From NCBI GenBank assembly GCA_016192455.1, contig JACPUC010000003.1, forward strand, positions 248,001-312,000: a stretch of DNA of 64,000 bases. Reading direction: 5' to 3'. Both the position numbers and the translations under genes were made by a program. The notes beneath the pieces were generated by a model. The model did no database searches, was not told the DNA's origin, and was given only the letters and a program-made list of their open reading frames with translations. Positions 55,846 through 64,000 of the stretch are shown here, piece by piece (position 1 is the first letter of the stretch; each line of letters starts with the position of its first letter). Source of the stretch: Candidatus Tectimicrobiota bacterium. Its GTDB lineage: Bacteria; JACPUC01.

Positions 55846-56508
55846 ATGACCATCCAAGCGCCAACCTTTTTTGAGATGTCCATCGTGATCTTGGCGCGGA
55901 TGCATAATCCGTCCATTCTCAACCCTGATTTCCTCCGCCTCCATGGCATCGTCCCCCAGGAATGGGAATTGGTGGAAGCGCCATTGTGCACTGAGCCGTT
56001 TGCGAAAGTCGCGTACAAATGCGGCGTCACGGTGCTTGCGCAGTTCGACCGGCTGATCTTCTCCGAGCAGACGGATGGTGACCGGCTTGAGCATTGCCGC
56101 ATCCCCGATATAGCCGCCAAGTATGTAGAAACACTGCCCCATGTGGATTACAGAGCGGTGGGAATCAATCCCAAGGCACGCATTATGCTAGAGGGGGAGC
56201 CAGAGGTCCGCGCCTTCCTGCTAGGGAAGTTTCTGGCTCGCGGACCATGGGATGAGCTTGACCACGGCAAGCCGCTCGTGTCCCTTTCCTTCGCGTATGC
56301 AAGGAAGGGTGGCGCAATGAATATTACAATACAGGGGGAAACGCCAAGCGGCGCCCCCCCTCGGCAATCGTTGCTGGTCGCCTCCAATTTTCATCATGAA
56401 GTTGAGCCGGGGCAAGATCGAGCCATGCAAATAAAGCAAATATGCAGGGCATGGGCAGAGGATGTGACCTGCTTCTCCCAGTGGATAGCCGCAGTGTTTT
56501 CAGCATAA
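55846..56508 (+). CDS. Uncharacterised protein (TIGR04255-like by eye)
   Basis: SIVILARMHNPSILNPDFL, LPHVDYRAVGIN, NFHH motifs. Confidence 0.6.
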   Translation: MTIQAPTFFEMSIVILARMHNPSILNPDFLRLHGIVPQEWELVEAPLCTEPFAKVAYKCGVTVLAQFDRLIFSEQTDGDRLEHCRIPDIAAKYVETLPHVDYRAVGINPKARIMLEGEPEVRAFLLGKFLARGPWDELDHGKPLVSLSFAYARKGGAMNITIQGETPSGAPPRQSLLVASNFHHEVEPGQDRAMQIKQICRAWAEDVTCFSQWIAAVFSA

Positions 56509-56518
56509 GGGGCCCGTC

Positions 56519-57145
56519 GTGTCCACCTCCACACACGAAAGATGGTTCTTGCGGGAAGCGGCGTGGGCCTCTTTTTTCACAAGACGTTCGTTGGCCGAGA
56601 TTCTGATCAATCGGCATGCGGGCGCAAGGCGGGCGATGGTCCACAGTGTCACAGCAACCCCCTTGGGAGCGTTCTTCGCAAAGCCGTTGGCCGAGGAACA
56701 AGGAGGGATTTTCTCTGTCACCGAGGCAGTCGGGCTCGAGCAGGACGCGCAAATCCTGCACGTGGTTCGCGATATTCTTCCTGCCCTGGAACTACGAAGT
56801 CAATCCGACGACACCCTTGATACTCTCCCCGAAGGCGAGTCGCTAGACGCTCTGACGGCTCAGATCATAGACGCAAGGCGCCAGTCGCTTGCGTGGTTCA
56901 TGGTACCGATAGAAGCTGAGGCGGGCACGCCGGAAGGGAGAACCAGCGAGACAGCGGAAGCGATCTCTTGCACGACATTGCCGGAATCAGAAGGAGACAC
57001 CGAGGTCGCTCAGGCAAACCGCAAGGCAATAGAGCTTCTCCGATCATGGCGTGAAGGGGACGAGCAAGAGCAAAGAGAGACGCTTGAACACCTCAAGGCC
57101 GCCATTGATGCGCAGCCCCTCTCGAACAGAAGGCGGTTCGCATGA
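56519..57145 (+). CDS. Hypothetical protein with C-terminal antitoxin-like segment
   Basis: Acidic central part; C-terminal NRKAIELLRSWREGDEQEQRETLEHLK; ATGA overlap with PIN gene. Confidence 0.55.
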   Translation: MSTSTHERWFLREAAWASFFTRRSLAEILINRHAGARRAMVHSVTATPLGAFFAKPLAEEQGGIFSVTEAVGLEQDAQILHVVRDILPALELRSQSDDTLDTLPEGESLDALTAQIIDARRQSLAWFMVPIEAEAGTPEGRTSETAEAISCTTLPESEGDTEVAQANRKAIELLRSWREGDEQEQRETLEHLKAAIDAQPLSNRRRFA

Positions 57146-57600
57146 GCGACGTGGTTCTCCTCGATACCGGCATCCTCGGCCTGGTGACGAATCCTCGGGG
57201 AGGCGAGCGCTCCAGAGCTTGCAATCAATGGCTGGAGACCGTGCTCCAACGGGGAGCAAGAGTCGTCGTCCCTGAAATTGCTGATTACGAGTTGCGCAGG
57301 GAGTTATTGCGCGCTCGCATGGAAAAGGGGCTGGAGCGGCTCAACGAGTTGGTGGGGACCCTTTCCTACCAGCCGCTCACGACCAACATCATGCGGCAAG
57401 CCGCGGCGAATTGGGCCACGGTGCGCAACAGGGGACAGCCCACGGCGGATGCCAGCGCCCTCGATGGAGATGCGATTCTCGCAGCACAGGCCATGGCGTG
57501 CGGTGATGCCGCAACGGTGGTCATTGCCACCGACAATGTTGGTCACCTGTCGCGGTTCGACGGCATCAACGCCCGCGGCTGGGACGAAGTGACTGCCTAA
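57142..57600 (+). CDS. PIN-domain (VapC-like) ribonuclease
   Basis: LLDTGILG, PEIADYELRRELLR, LDGDAILAAQA, ATDNVGHL. Confidence 0.9.
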   Translation: MSDVVLLDTGILGLVTNPRGGERSRACNQWLETVLQRGARVVVPEIADYELRRELLRARMEKGLERLNELVGTLSYQPLTTNIMRQAAANWATVRNRGQPTADASALDGDAILAAQAMACGDAATVVIATDNVGHLSRFDGINARGWDEVTA

Positions 57601-57645
57601 CCCCCTTCCCAGCCCCAGCTAATCCCCGCCGTCTACCCACCATCC

Positions 57646-58275
57646 TCACGCCCTCACCCCCGCCGGCGTCAGCCGCAGGCGGTCGCTCGTTGTCAGGGTG
57701 ACGTTGTAGTTGTACGCCGGGCCGCCGAGTTGTTCCAGGATGAAGGCTTCGGCGCCTTCCGGGCCGGTGGTGCAGTCGAGCGGCAGGACGCTGCGGAAGT
57801 GGCGCACGTGGAAGCCGAGGACGGCGTGGTAGACGCAGACGGTGGAGACGACGCCGGTGACGATGATGGCGTGCGTCTCCGGGGTGATCCCCATGCTGGC
57901 GAGGAGGGCGTCCATGCGGGTGTTGTAGAAGCAGTCGTGGGTGTGCTTGTCCACCACCGGCTCGCCCGGCAGCGGCGCCACCTCGGGCACGATCACCGGC
58001 CCGGAGGTCCCCTCGATGAGGTAGTGGTCGCGCCCGAAGCGCGTGAACACCGGGTTGTCCGGCAGGCGCACGGAGCGCACGTAGATGACCGGCGCGCCGG
58101 CGTCGCGGCAGCGCCGCAGCAGGGCCGCCGTGCCGCGGATCGCCCCCTCCGCCTGCGGCCCGATGTACTTCTTGCCGCTCGGCTTGCAGAACTCGTTCTC
58201 CATGTCCACGATGACGAGCGCCGTGCTCTCGGGCGCCAGCTCGATATCCTGAAGCTTTCCGCCTCTACCGTCCAT
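57646..58275 (-). CDS. Cysteine hydrolase (isochorismatase family)
   Basis: ALVIVDMENEF, VVDKHTHDCF, TGVVSTVCV. Confidence 0.9.
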   Translation of the reverse strand: MDGRGGKLQDIELAPESTALVIVDMENEFCKPSGKKYIGPQAEGAIRGTAALLRRCRDAGAPVIYVRSVRLPDNPVFTRFGRDHYLIEGTSGPVIVPEVAPLPGEPVVDKHTHDCFYNTRMDALLASMGITPETHAIIVTGVVSTVCVYHAVLGFHVRHFRSVLPLDCTTGPEGAEAFILEQLGGPAYNYNVTLTTSDRLRLTPAGVRA

Positions 58276-58369
58276 GACATCCTCCTCGAAAGGCCGCCAC
58301 GGCCCCTGGTTGCGATGCCGTCTGATCCCCAGCGCCGGGCAGGCCGCGCCGCCCTGCCCTTTCACCAAG

Positions 58370-59353
58370 CTACCCCACCCCCGCCGCGACGGCTTCAACG
58401 ACGAGGCGGCTGCCGACGCTGCTCGGCGCGTAGGCCTCCGGCAGCTCCTGCGCCAGCCGGTGAATCGCCTTCCAGCCGGTGCAGTGGCCCGGCATGATGA
58501 TCGCGGGCGCGATGCGCCGCAGCTCCGCCACCGTTGGCCCGATGATCGGCTCGAAGATCGGCCCGGTAAGGTGCAGGCCGCCGAGCAGGGCGTGGATGCG
58601 CTCGACCCCCGTCAGCTCGCGCGCGTAACGCAGCGTGTTGATCGCCCCGGCGTGCCCGCAGCCGGTCAGCACCACCAGCCCCTTGCCGCGCACGTTCACC
58701 ACCAGCGCCTGGTCGTCATGGATGAGCGGATCGGGCCGCCAGGCGCCGTCGATCTCGGCGTAGTGGATCGGGAAGCCGCGCTCGAAGTCGGTGCTGCGGT
58801 GAATTTGCCCGGTGACGAGCACCATCCCCTCGATGAGGTAGGAGGGGCCGCGCGCCTCGACGAACTCCACCCCCTCCTGCTCGAGCAGGCGGCGGTCGGG
58901 GGCGGGGGTGTTGATCTCGTGCCCGTCGGGAAAGATCACCTTGCGCTTCAGGAAGGCGTCCGGGTGCAGCAGCACCGGCATGCCCCGCCGCCCCAGCCGC
59001 CGCAGCATGCCGACGAGCCCCTGCGTGTGGTCGATGTGCCCATGGCTCAGGATGATGCTCTGCAGATCGGCGGGTTTCACCTCCAGGACGTCCATGTTGT
59101 GGATGAGGCCGTGGGTGCTGATGCCGGCGTCGAAGAGGAGCATGGCCGAGCGCTCCCCCGCGGCAACCCGCACCAGCGCCGCGTAGCCGTGCTCCGCCAG
59201 CAGGGATTTGCGCTCCCCCCAGGTCACGGTGTCCGCAAGCTGCGGACGCTTCACCTCCTCGGTGCTGGGCAGGAAGATGTCGATGCTGTTGTCCAGCAGG
59301 ATGGTGATGTCGACACGGTCCACAGCTTTGAGATTCGTCGCCGCTGCGTCCAT
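58370..59353 (-). CDS. MBL-fold metallo-hydrolase
   Basis: AEHG, LSHGHIDHTQG, DDQAL, TGCGHAG, GGLHL, PGHCTG. Confidence 0.92.
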   Translation of the reverse strand: MDAAATNLKAVDRVDITILLDNSIDIFLPSTEEVKRPQLADTVTWGERKSLLAEHGYAALVRVAAGERSAMLLFDAGISTHGLIHNMDVLEVKPADLQSIILSHGHIDHTQGLVGMLRRLGRRGMPVLLHPDAFLKRKVIFPDGHEINTPAPDRRLLEQEGVEFVEARGPSYLIEGMVLVTGQIHRSTDFERGFPIHYAEIDGAWRPDPLIHDDQALVVNVRGKGLVVLTGCGHAGAINTLRYARELTGVERIHALLGGLHLTGPIFEPIIGPTVAELRRIAPAIIMPGHCTGWKAIHRLAQELPEAYAPSSVGSRLVVEAVAAGVG

Positions 59354-59441
59354 GCCCCCCTCCTCCCCAATACCCCATAAGGGCCGGCGCCCTGGCGATC
59401 GTGCCGCCCGGCGGAGGGGCCCCACCCCCCACAGTCGCCGC

Positions 59442-60563
59442 CTACACGTACTCCAGTATCTCAAGTCCGCCCAGGCGGTCAAGGAGATAGAGGCGGCCGT
59501 CCGGCGTGACGTAGACGTCGTTGCTCTGGGGATAGGCATGGCCGGGGGCGGGCTGGGGCAGGTGGCGGGCGATCTCGGCGAGGCGGTAAGGGTTGCCGAA
59601 GTCGAGGACGCGCAGGCCGCCGGCGAACCAGGTGACGGCGACGCGGTTGTCGTAGAGACGCTCCTGCGGCTGGTGGGCGCCGAAGGTGACGTGCGGCGGC
59701 AGATCGGCGGGACGCGGCAAAAGGTAGGTCGAGACCGGCACCGGGCGCGTCTCCTCCGTCGCGTCCACCATCCAGACGAAGGCCGGGGTGCGGTCGTGGA
59801 GGCGCTCGGAGATGACCTCTTCGTCGGCCACGAAGAGCCAGTCGCCGCCGTGCAGGGGCCAGGGGATGCGCAGCACCGTGTGCGTCGGGCTGGGGTAGGG
59901 CGGGCTCCAGTCGAGGTGGGCGAGCAGCTTGGGCCGGGAGAGGTCGCCGATGTCGAGGATGACGAAGCCGCCGTGCCAGTAGCTCACGTAGAGGCGGTCG
60001 CCGTGGCGCAGCGGATGGTGGGTGCGGTGCGCCCGCCCCTGCCAGGTCGGCTCCTCGCGGCCCGCCGTCCATTGCCCCGGCAGCCACCAGCGGCCCACCT
60101 CGCGCGGCCGCGTCGGCTCGGCGAGGTCGAGGATCATGACGATGTTGCCGACGTAGCCGTCGACCTCCGGGGAAAGGTAGGCGTAGCGGCCGTCGAAGTC
60201 GAAGCGATGCACCCCCTTGCCGGCGCAGCGCCAGAAGGCCAGCTCGCGGGGGGCATGCCGCGTGCTGATGTCGAACACCTTCAGGCCGCCGTCGCCCTGG
60301 CGGCCCGGGCCGAGGTGCTCATGGTTCACCAGCATCAGGTCCCCATGCACGCGCACCTTATGGGAGTGCATCCCCTGCGGCATGCCGAGCGTGGCGACGA
60401 GGCGGGGCGAACGCGGTTCGCGCACATCGAGGATGGAGGTGCCGCGCGGTGGCGCCATGTGGCCGACGTAGGCGTAGCCATCCTCCACCACCACCTGGCC
60501 GCCGCCGGGGATGTCGATGCGTCCCAGCAAACGCAACCCCTGCGTGGGCGGCTCCGTCGCCAC
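59442..60563 (-). CDS. LVIVD-repeat beta-propeller protein
   Basis: Repeated YAYV/ILDV..P..PR.V units; HSHK, HTV, AHQ His residues. Confidence 0.8.
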   Translation of the reverse strand: MATEPPTQGLRLLGRIDIPGGGQVVVEDGYAYVGHMAPPRGTSILDVREPRSPRLVATLGMPQGMHSHKVRVHGDLMLVNHEHLGPGRQGDGGLKVFDISTRHAPRELAFWRCAGKGVHRFDFDGRYAYLSPEVDGYVGNIVMILDLAEPTRPREVGRWWLPGQWTAGREEPTWQGRAHRTHHPLRHGDRLYVSYWHGGFVILDIGDLSRPKLLAHLDWSPPYPSPTHTVLRIPWPLHGGDWLFVADEEVISERLHDRTPAFVWMVDATEETRPVPVSTYLLPRPADLPPHVTFGAHQPQERLYDNRVAVTWFAGGLRVLDFGNPYRLAEIARHLPQPAPGHAYPQSNDVYVTPDGRLYLLDRLGGLEILEYV

Positions 60564-60658
60564 GGAAGGCCTCCTCGCCGCGGGCGTGGCGCAGGTGAAG
60601 AAAGCTCCGGTGGTTCACGGGTTCGCGGTCGCGAGGGAGCCTTGCCCCCTCGCGCGCC

Positions 60659-60692
60659 CCTCACCCCTGGCCCCTCTCCCAATGGGAGAGGG
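60659..60692. repeat. CCCTCTCCC..GGGAGAGGG hairpin repeat
   Basis: CCCTCACCCCTGGCCCCTCTCCCAATGGGAGAGGG adjoining second-family hairpin. Confidence 0.6.
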
Positions 60693-60802
60693 AACGGGTG
60701 AGGGAGGGTGTGGGGGAGGAGGGTCCCCCGGAAGATAACCACCCCCGCCCCCTCCGCTTCAACACCGAGGGCGTGTACGGCTGCCTGGGGGAGGAGTTGC
60801 CC

Positions 60803-62338
60803 TTAATTCACCTCCGCCCCCTCGGCATGGCTCGCCGGCGACCCGGCCAGTTGCATGGCGGCGTCGTCGAGCTGCTTCAAGCGGGCCGCGGCGATGCGGC
60901 GAAACGCCGCCTGGTCCTGCCGCGCCACCGGCGCGGCGCGTTTGGCGCGCAGGGCGAGCGGGTTGATGAATCGCCCGTCGCGGGCGATGCGGAAATCGAG
61001 GTGCGGGCCGGTGGAGAGACCGGTGGAGCCGACGTAGCCGATCACCTGCCCCTGAACGACGCGCGCCCCCGGCCTGACGCCTGGGGCAAAGCGAGCCAGG
61101 TGCAGGTAGTAGGTCGTGTAGAGGTCGGCATGGCGCAGGCGCACCAGGTTGCCGTTTCCCCCCTTGCGCCTGGCGATCTCGACCTGGCCGGCTCCAAGGG
61201 CGACGACGGGCGTGCCGTAGGGGGCGGCGTAATCAACGCCGGAATGCGGCCGGTAGACCTTCAGGATGGGATGGAAACGGCGCGCCGCGAAGTGCGAGGA
61301 GATGCGCGTAAAGCTGAGCGGCGACTTCAGGAACACCTTGCGCAGCGACGTGCCGTCCGGTGTGTAGTAGCCGCGTTGCGTCTTGCTGCCTTCGAAGAGG
61401 AGGGCGCGGTACACCTCCCCGGCGTTGACGAACTCCGCCGCCAGGATGTCCCCATAGCGGGAGAACTCCGGCCCCCGGCGCTGCTTCTCGACGAGGAGGC
61501 GAAACGAGTCGCCGCTGCGCACGTCGGTGGAGAAGTCGATGTCCCAGGCGAAGATGTCGGCCACGCGCAGCGCCAGCTCCGCTTGCTCGCCGAGCGCCAG
61601 GATCGTCTCGAAGAGGGAGGAGGAGATGCTGCCGTGGATCATGGTCTGCTGGGTCTGGTAGCGGATCGGGCTCAGCTCGGCGTGCGTCTGCTCCCCGGCA
61701 TGGACCACGAGCACCGAGTCATCGTCGACGAAGTACTCGAAGCCGCGGAAGCCGCCGTCCCTGTCCAGGTAGACCCGGTAGGCCTGGTTCTGACGCACGC
61801 GGTTCAGGTTGTAGGTCGGTTTCACGGCGGCGATGAGGGCATAGGCGCGGCGGGCGTCCAGGCCGTTCTTCGTCAGCAGCTCGAAGAAGGTTTCCTGCGC
61901 CTTGATTTTGCCCTCGCGCGTCTGGTCGGCAAGAATGCGCGGCTGGCGATCGACTTCGGGCTCCGAGGCGGGGCCGGCCGGCGCCGGCGCGGGGCGATCC
62001 ACCTCGGGGGGCTGGGCCGGGTTGCCGGCAGGGGGTGGCGGGGAGGCGAGTGACGGCCGCGCGGCGGAGTCCGTCGCCGCGCCGCTCGGAGCGGAGGCCG
62101 TGGCAACGTTCGGCGCCGCAGACGGCGAGAGCAAGCGCAGCACTGCCGCAACGCCGCCGCCCGACACGCTCGACACGACGGCGTTGGCCCCAAACCCTCC
62201 CCCGAGGACCAGGACCGCCCCGGCGACGAGGAGATGACGCCGGCGTGGACGTCGCCGCCCGAGGCGCGCCTCGCGGCCCGCCGCCGCTCCGCCGATCCTC
62301 CCTCCACCCGGCCACTGAAATCTAAAAGAATTCATCAC
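60803..62338 (-). CDS. M23 family peptidoglycan DD-metalloendopeptidase (MepM/Csd3-like)
   Basis: N-terminal TM; RFHPIL..HSGVDY, YLHL, STGPHLDF. Confidence 0.92.
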   Translation of the reverse strand: MMNSFRFQWPGGGRIGGAAAGREARLGRRRPRRRHLLVAGAVLVLGGGFGANAVVSSVSGGGVAAVLRLLSPSAAPNVATASAPSGAATDSAARPSLASPPPPAGNPAQPPEVDRPAPAPAGPASEPEVDRQPRILADQTREGKIKAQETFFELLTKNGLDARRAYALIAAVKPTYNLNRVRQNQAYRVYLDRDGGFRGFEYFVDDDSVLVVHAGEQTHAELSPIRYQTQQTMIHGSISSSLFETILALGEQAELALRVADIFAWDIDFSTDVRSGDSFRLLVEKQRRGPEFSRYGDILAAEFVNAGEVYRALLFEGSKTQRGYYTPDGTSLRKVFLKSPLSFTRISSHFAARRFHPILKVYRPHSGVDYAAPYGTPVVALGAGQVEIARRKGGNGNLVRLRHADLYTTYYLHLARFAPGVRPGARVVQGQVIGYVGSTGLSTGPHLDFRIARDGRFINPLALRAKRAAPVARQDQAAFRRIAAARLKQLDDAAMQLAGSPASHAEGAEVN

Positions 62339-62400
62339 AAGTCCCCATGCAGAGTCAATATTCTAGCGAGTTTTCCCTTATGTTTTCGCATGTTTTCACC

Positions 62401-62430
62401 ATTATGCTCAGATGATTTCTAGCTTGTCAA
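62401..62430 (-). promoter_or_regulatory. sigma70 promoter for M23 gene
   Basis: Minus strand TTGACA-18-CATAAT in AT-rich intergenic DNA. Confidence 0.6.
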
Positions 62431-62680
62431 GGAGGTAATTCCAAAAATTTCTTTATTGTTGAGAGCCTGCGTCCTGATCCTAATCTGTGATGCTCTCTCC
62501 AGGGGGTGGCTGAAATGTTCGTATAATCAAGGAGTTCCGATGCGTCCCCGGAACGCGGCGAACCAGCGCCGAGGGTTTTGCCGTCTCGACTCTCAGCCTG
62601 CGTCAAGGGCGTGCCGGAGTGGCTTGTTGCGGTTGGGCGTGGCGTTGGAGCAGGGGCCGGGGCGGCAGGCGCGGCGCTTA

Positions 62681-63514
62681 TCAACGCCGAAGCTGCGGGT
62701 CCAGGAGGTCGCGCAGGCCGTCCCCCAGGAGGTTCAAGCCGAGCACGGTGAGCATGATCGCCAGGCCCGGGAAGATCGTCACCCAGGGGTGCGTCGTCAG
62801 CTCGCTGCGGCCCTGGGCCAGCATCAGTCCCCAGCTTGGCGTCGGCGGCGAGACGCCGATGCCGAGGAAGCTCAGGCCGGCTTCGGCGAGGATGTTGCCG
62901 GCGATGCCGATGGTGGCGGCCACCATGAGGGGGGCCAGGCAGTTCGGCAGCACATAGCGCAGGAGGATGCGCAGCGTCCCGGCGCCGGCGGCCTGGGCGC
63001 TCTGGACGAAGTCGCGCCCCATCACCACGAGCGTCTGGGCGCGCATGACGCGGGCGATGCCGGTCCAGCCCAGGAGGCTGAGCACCACGACGACATTGAG
63101 CAGGCCGGGCTGCTGGAACGCCGCCATCATGGCGATTGCCAGTACCAGGCTGGGGAAGGCGAGGAAGGTGTCGGTGAGGCGCATGAGGAGGGCGTCGGTC
63201 CAGCCGCCGGCGTAGCCGGCGAGCATGCCGACGGCCACCCCCAGGACGACGGCCACGAGCTCGGCGCCGAAGCCGACGAGGAGGGAGATGCGGGCGCCGT
63301 AGATGACCCGGCTGAGCACGTCGCGCCCGAGGAGATCGGTGCCGAGGGGATGGCGCGGCGAGGGGGGCTGCAGGCTGGCGCGCACGAGGTCGCGCGGCAC
63401 CGCCTCGGGCGCGTGGGGCGCCAGCAGGGGGGCCGCGGCGGCGCTCACGAACAGGAGCGCGGTGAGGACGAGGCCCACGGTCGCCGTTTTGCTGCGTCGC
63501 CACAAGCGCCGCAT
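62681..63514 (-). CDS. Peptide/nickel ABC permease (DppC/OppC-like)
   Basis: HPLGTDLLGRDVLSR, AEAGLSFLG, SWG, GDGLRDLLDP. Confidence 0.95.
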   Translation of the reverse strand: MRRLWRRSKTATVGLVLTALLFVSAAAAPLLAPHAPEAVPRDLVRASLQPPSPRHPLGTDLLGRDVLSRVIYGARISLLVGFGAELVAVVLGVAVGMLAGYAGGWTDALLMRLTDTFLAFPSLVLAIAMMAAFQQPGLLNVVVVLSLLGWTGIARVMRAQTLVVMGRDFVQSAQAAGAGTLRILLRYVLPNCLAPLMVAATIGIAGNILAEAGLSFLGIGVSPPTPSWGLMLAQGRSELTTHPWVTIFPGLAIMLTVLGLNLLGDGLRDLLDPQLRR

Positions 63515-63516
63515 CC

Positions 63517-64000
63517 CTACTCCTTCTGCCCGGCCTGGCGGATGCGCGGGTCGAGAAAGGCGTAGCTCAGGTCCACGAGCAGGTTGAGGCCGGCGTAGAC
63601 GAGCGCGAAGAAGAGCGTGATGCCCATCACCACGGGCAGGTCGCGCATGAAGACAGCCGTCACCAGCGCCCGCCCGATGCCCGGCCAGGCAAAGACGGTT
63701 TCGGTGAGCGGCGCCCCGGCAAGGAGGTTGGCCAGGCTGAGCCCGGTCACCGTGACGACCGGCACGAGGGCGTTCTTCAGCACGTGCCGGCCGATGACGA
63801 CGCGTTCCGCCAGCCCCTTGGCGCGGGCCATGCGCACGAAGTCCTGGCGGATCACCTCCAGCACGGCGGCGCGCGTCATGCGGGCGATGTAGCCCATCTG
63901 CAGGGCGCCCAGCGTCACGGCCGGCAGCAGGAGGTGGCTGAGCCGCCCGCCGCCGTAGCCGGAGATCGGCAGCCAGCCGAGCTGGGCGCCGAAGAGGAGG
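63517..64000 (-). CDS. Peptide/nickel ABC permease (DppB/OppB-like), 5'-truncated by window edge
   Basis: ARAKGL, ETVFAWPGIG, RDLPVV, NLLVDLSYAFLDPRIR. Confidence 0.93.
   Translation of the reverse strand, partial: LLFGAQLGWLPISGYGGGRLSHLLLPAVTLGALQMGYIARMTRAAVLEVIRQDFVRMARAKGLAERVVIGRHVLKNALVPVVTVTGLSLANLLAGAPLTETVFAWPGIGRALVTAVFMRDLPVVMGITLFFALVYAGLNLLVDLSYAFLDPRIRQAGQKE

Noticed and set aside
53545-57645. Integron attC sites (TAACGACGTTAGC at ~53560; GCCTAAC at ~57595)
   Set aside because: No matching inverse core/hairpin of attC length and no integron integrase

Overview
High-GC bacterial chromosomal window spanning the replication origin. The core block is tRNA-Ser, serS, gyrA, gyrB, oriC and dnaA on the minus strand, then rpmH, rnpA, yidD, yidC, jag, mnmE, mnmG, parS, parA and parB on the plus strand. 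dnaN/recF (normally between dnaA and gyrB) and rsmG (normally between mnmG and parA) are absent from their usual positions. The flanks carry NitT/TauT and Dpp ABC transporter genes, a large CHASE-PAS-GAF histidine kinase with a receiver protein, a 2-oxoacid oxidoreductase cluster, ispG, several hydrolases, a ~1450-aa secreted protein and an M23 peptidase. Five small, lower-GC, integrase-less defence/TA cassettes are interspersed: (i) mazEF bracketed by a 51-bp duplication of a neighbouring gene end; (ii) a decayed Type IIG/DISARM-like methylase tail plus a HEPN-like gene near tRNA-Ser; (iii) a MerR-HTH/vsr/C5-MTase/HNH cassette bracketed by a 106-bp direct repeat, whose MTase gene contains a second, out-of-frame nested subunit gene; (iv) a Zn-ribbon amino-MTase plus PD-(D/E)xK nuclease; (v) a three-gene unknown/antitoxin-like/PIN operon. 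REP-like palindromes, a MITE-like element and a degenerate tRNA-Phe are also present. All family calls come from reading motifs by eye; no database searches were run.
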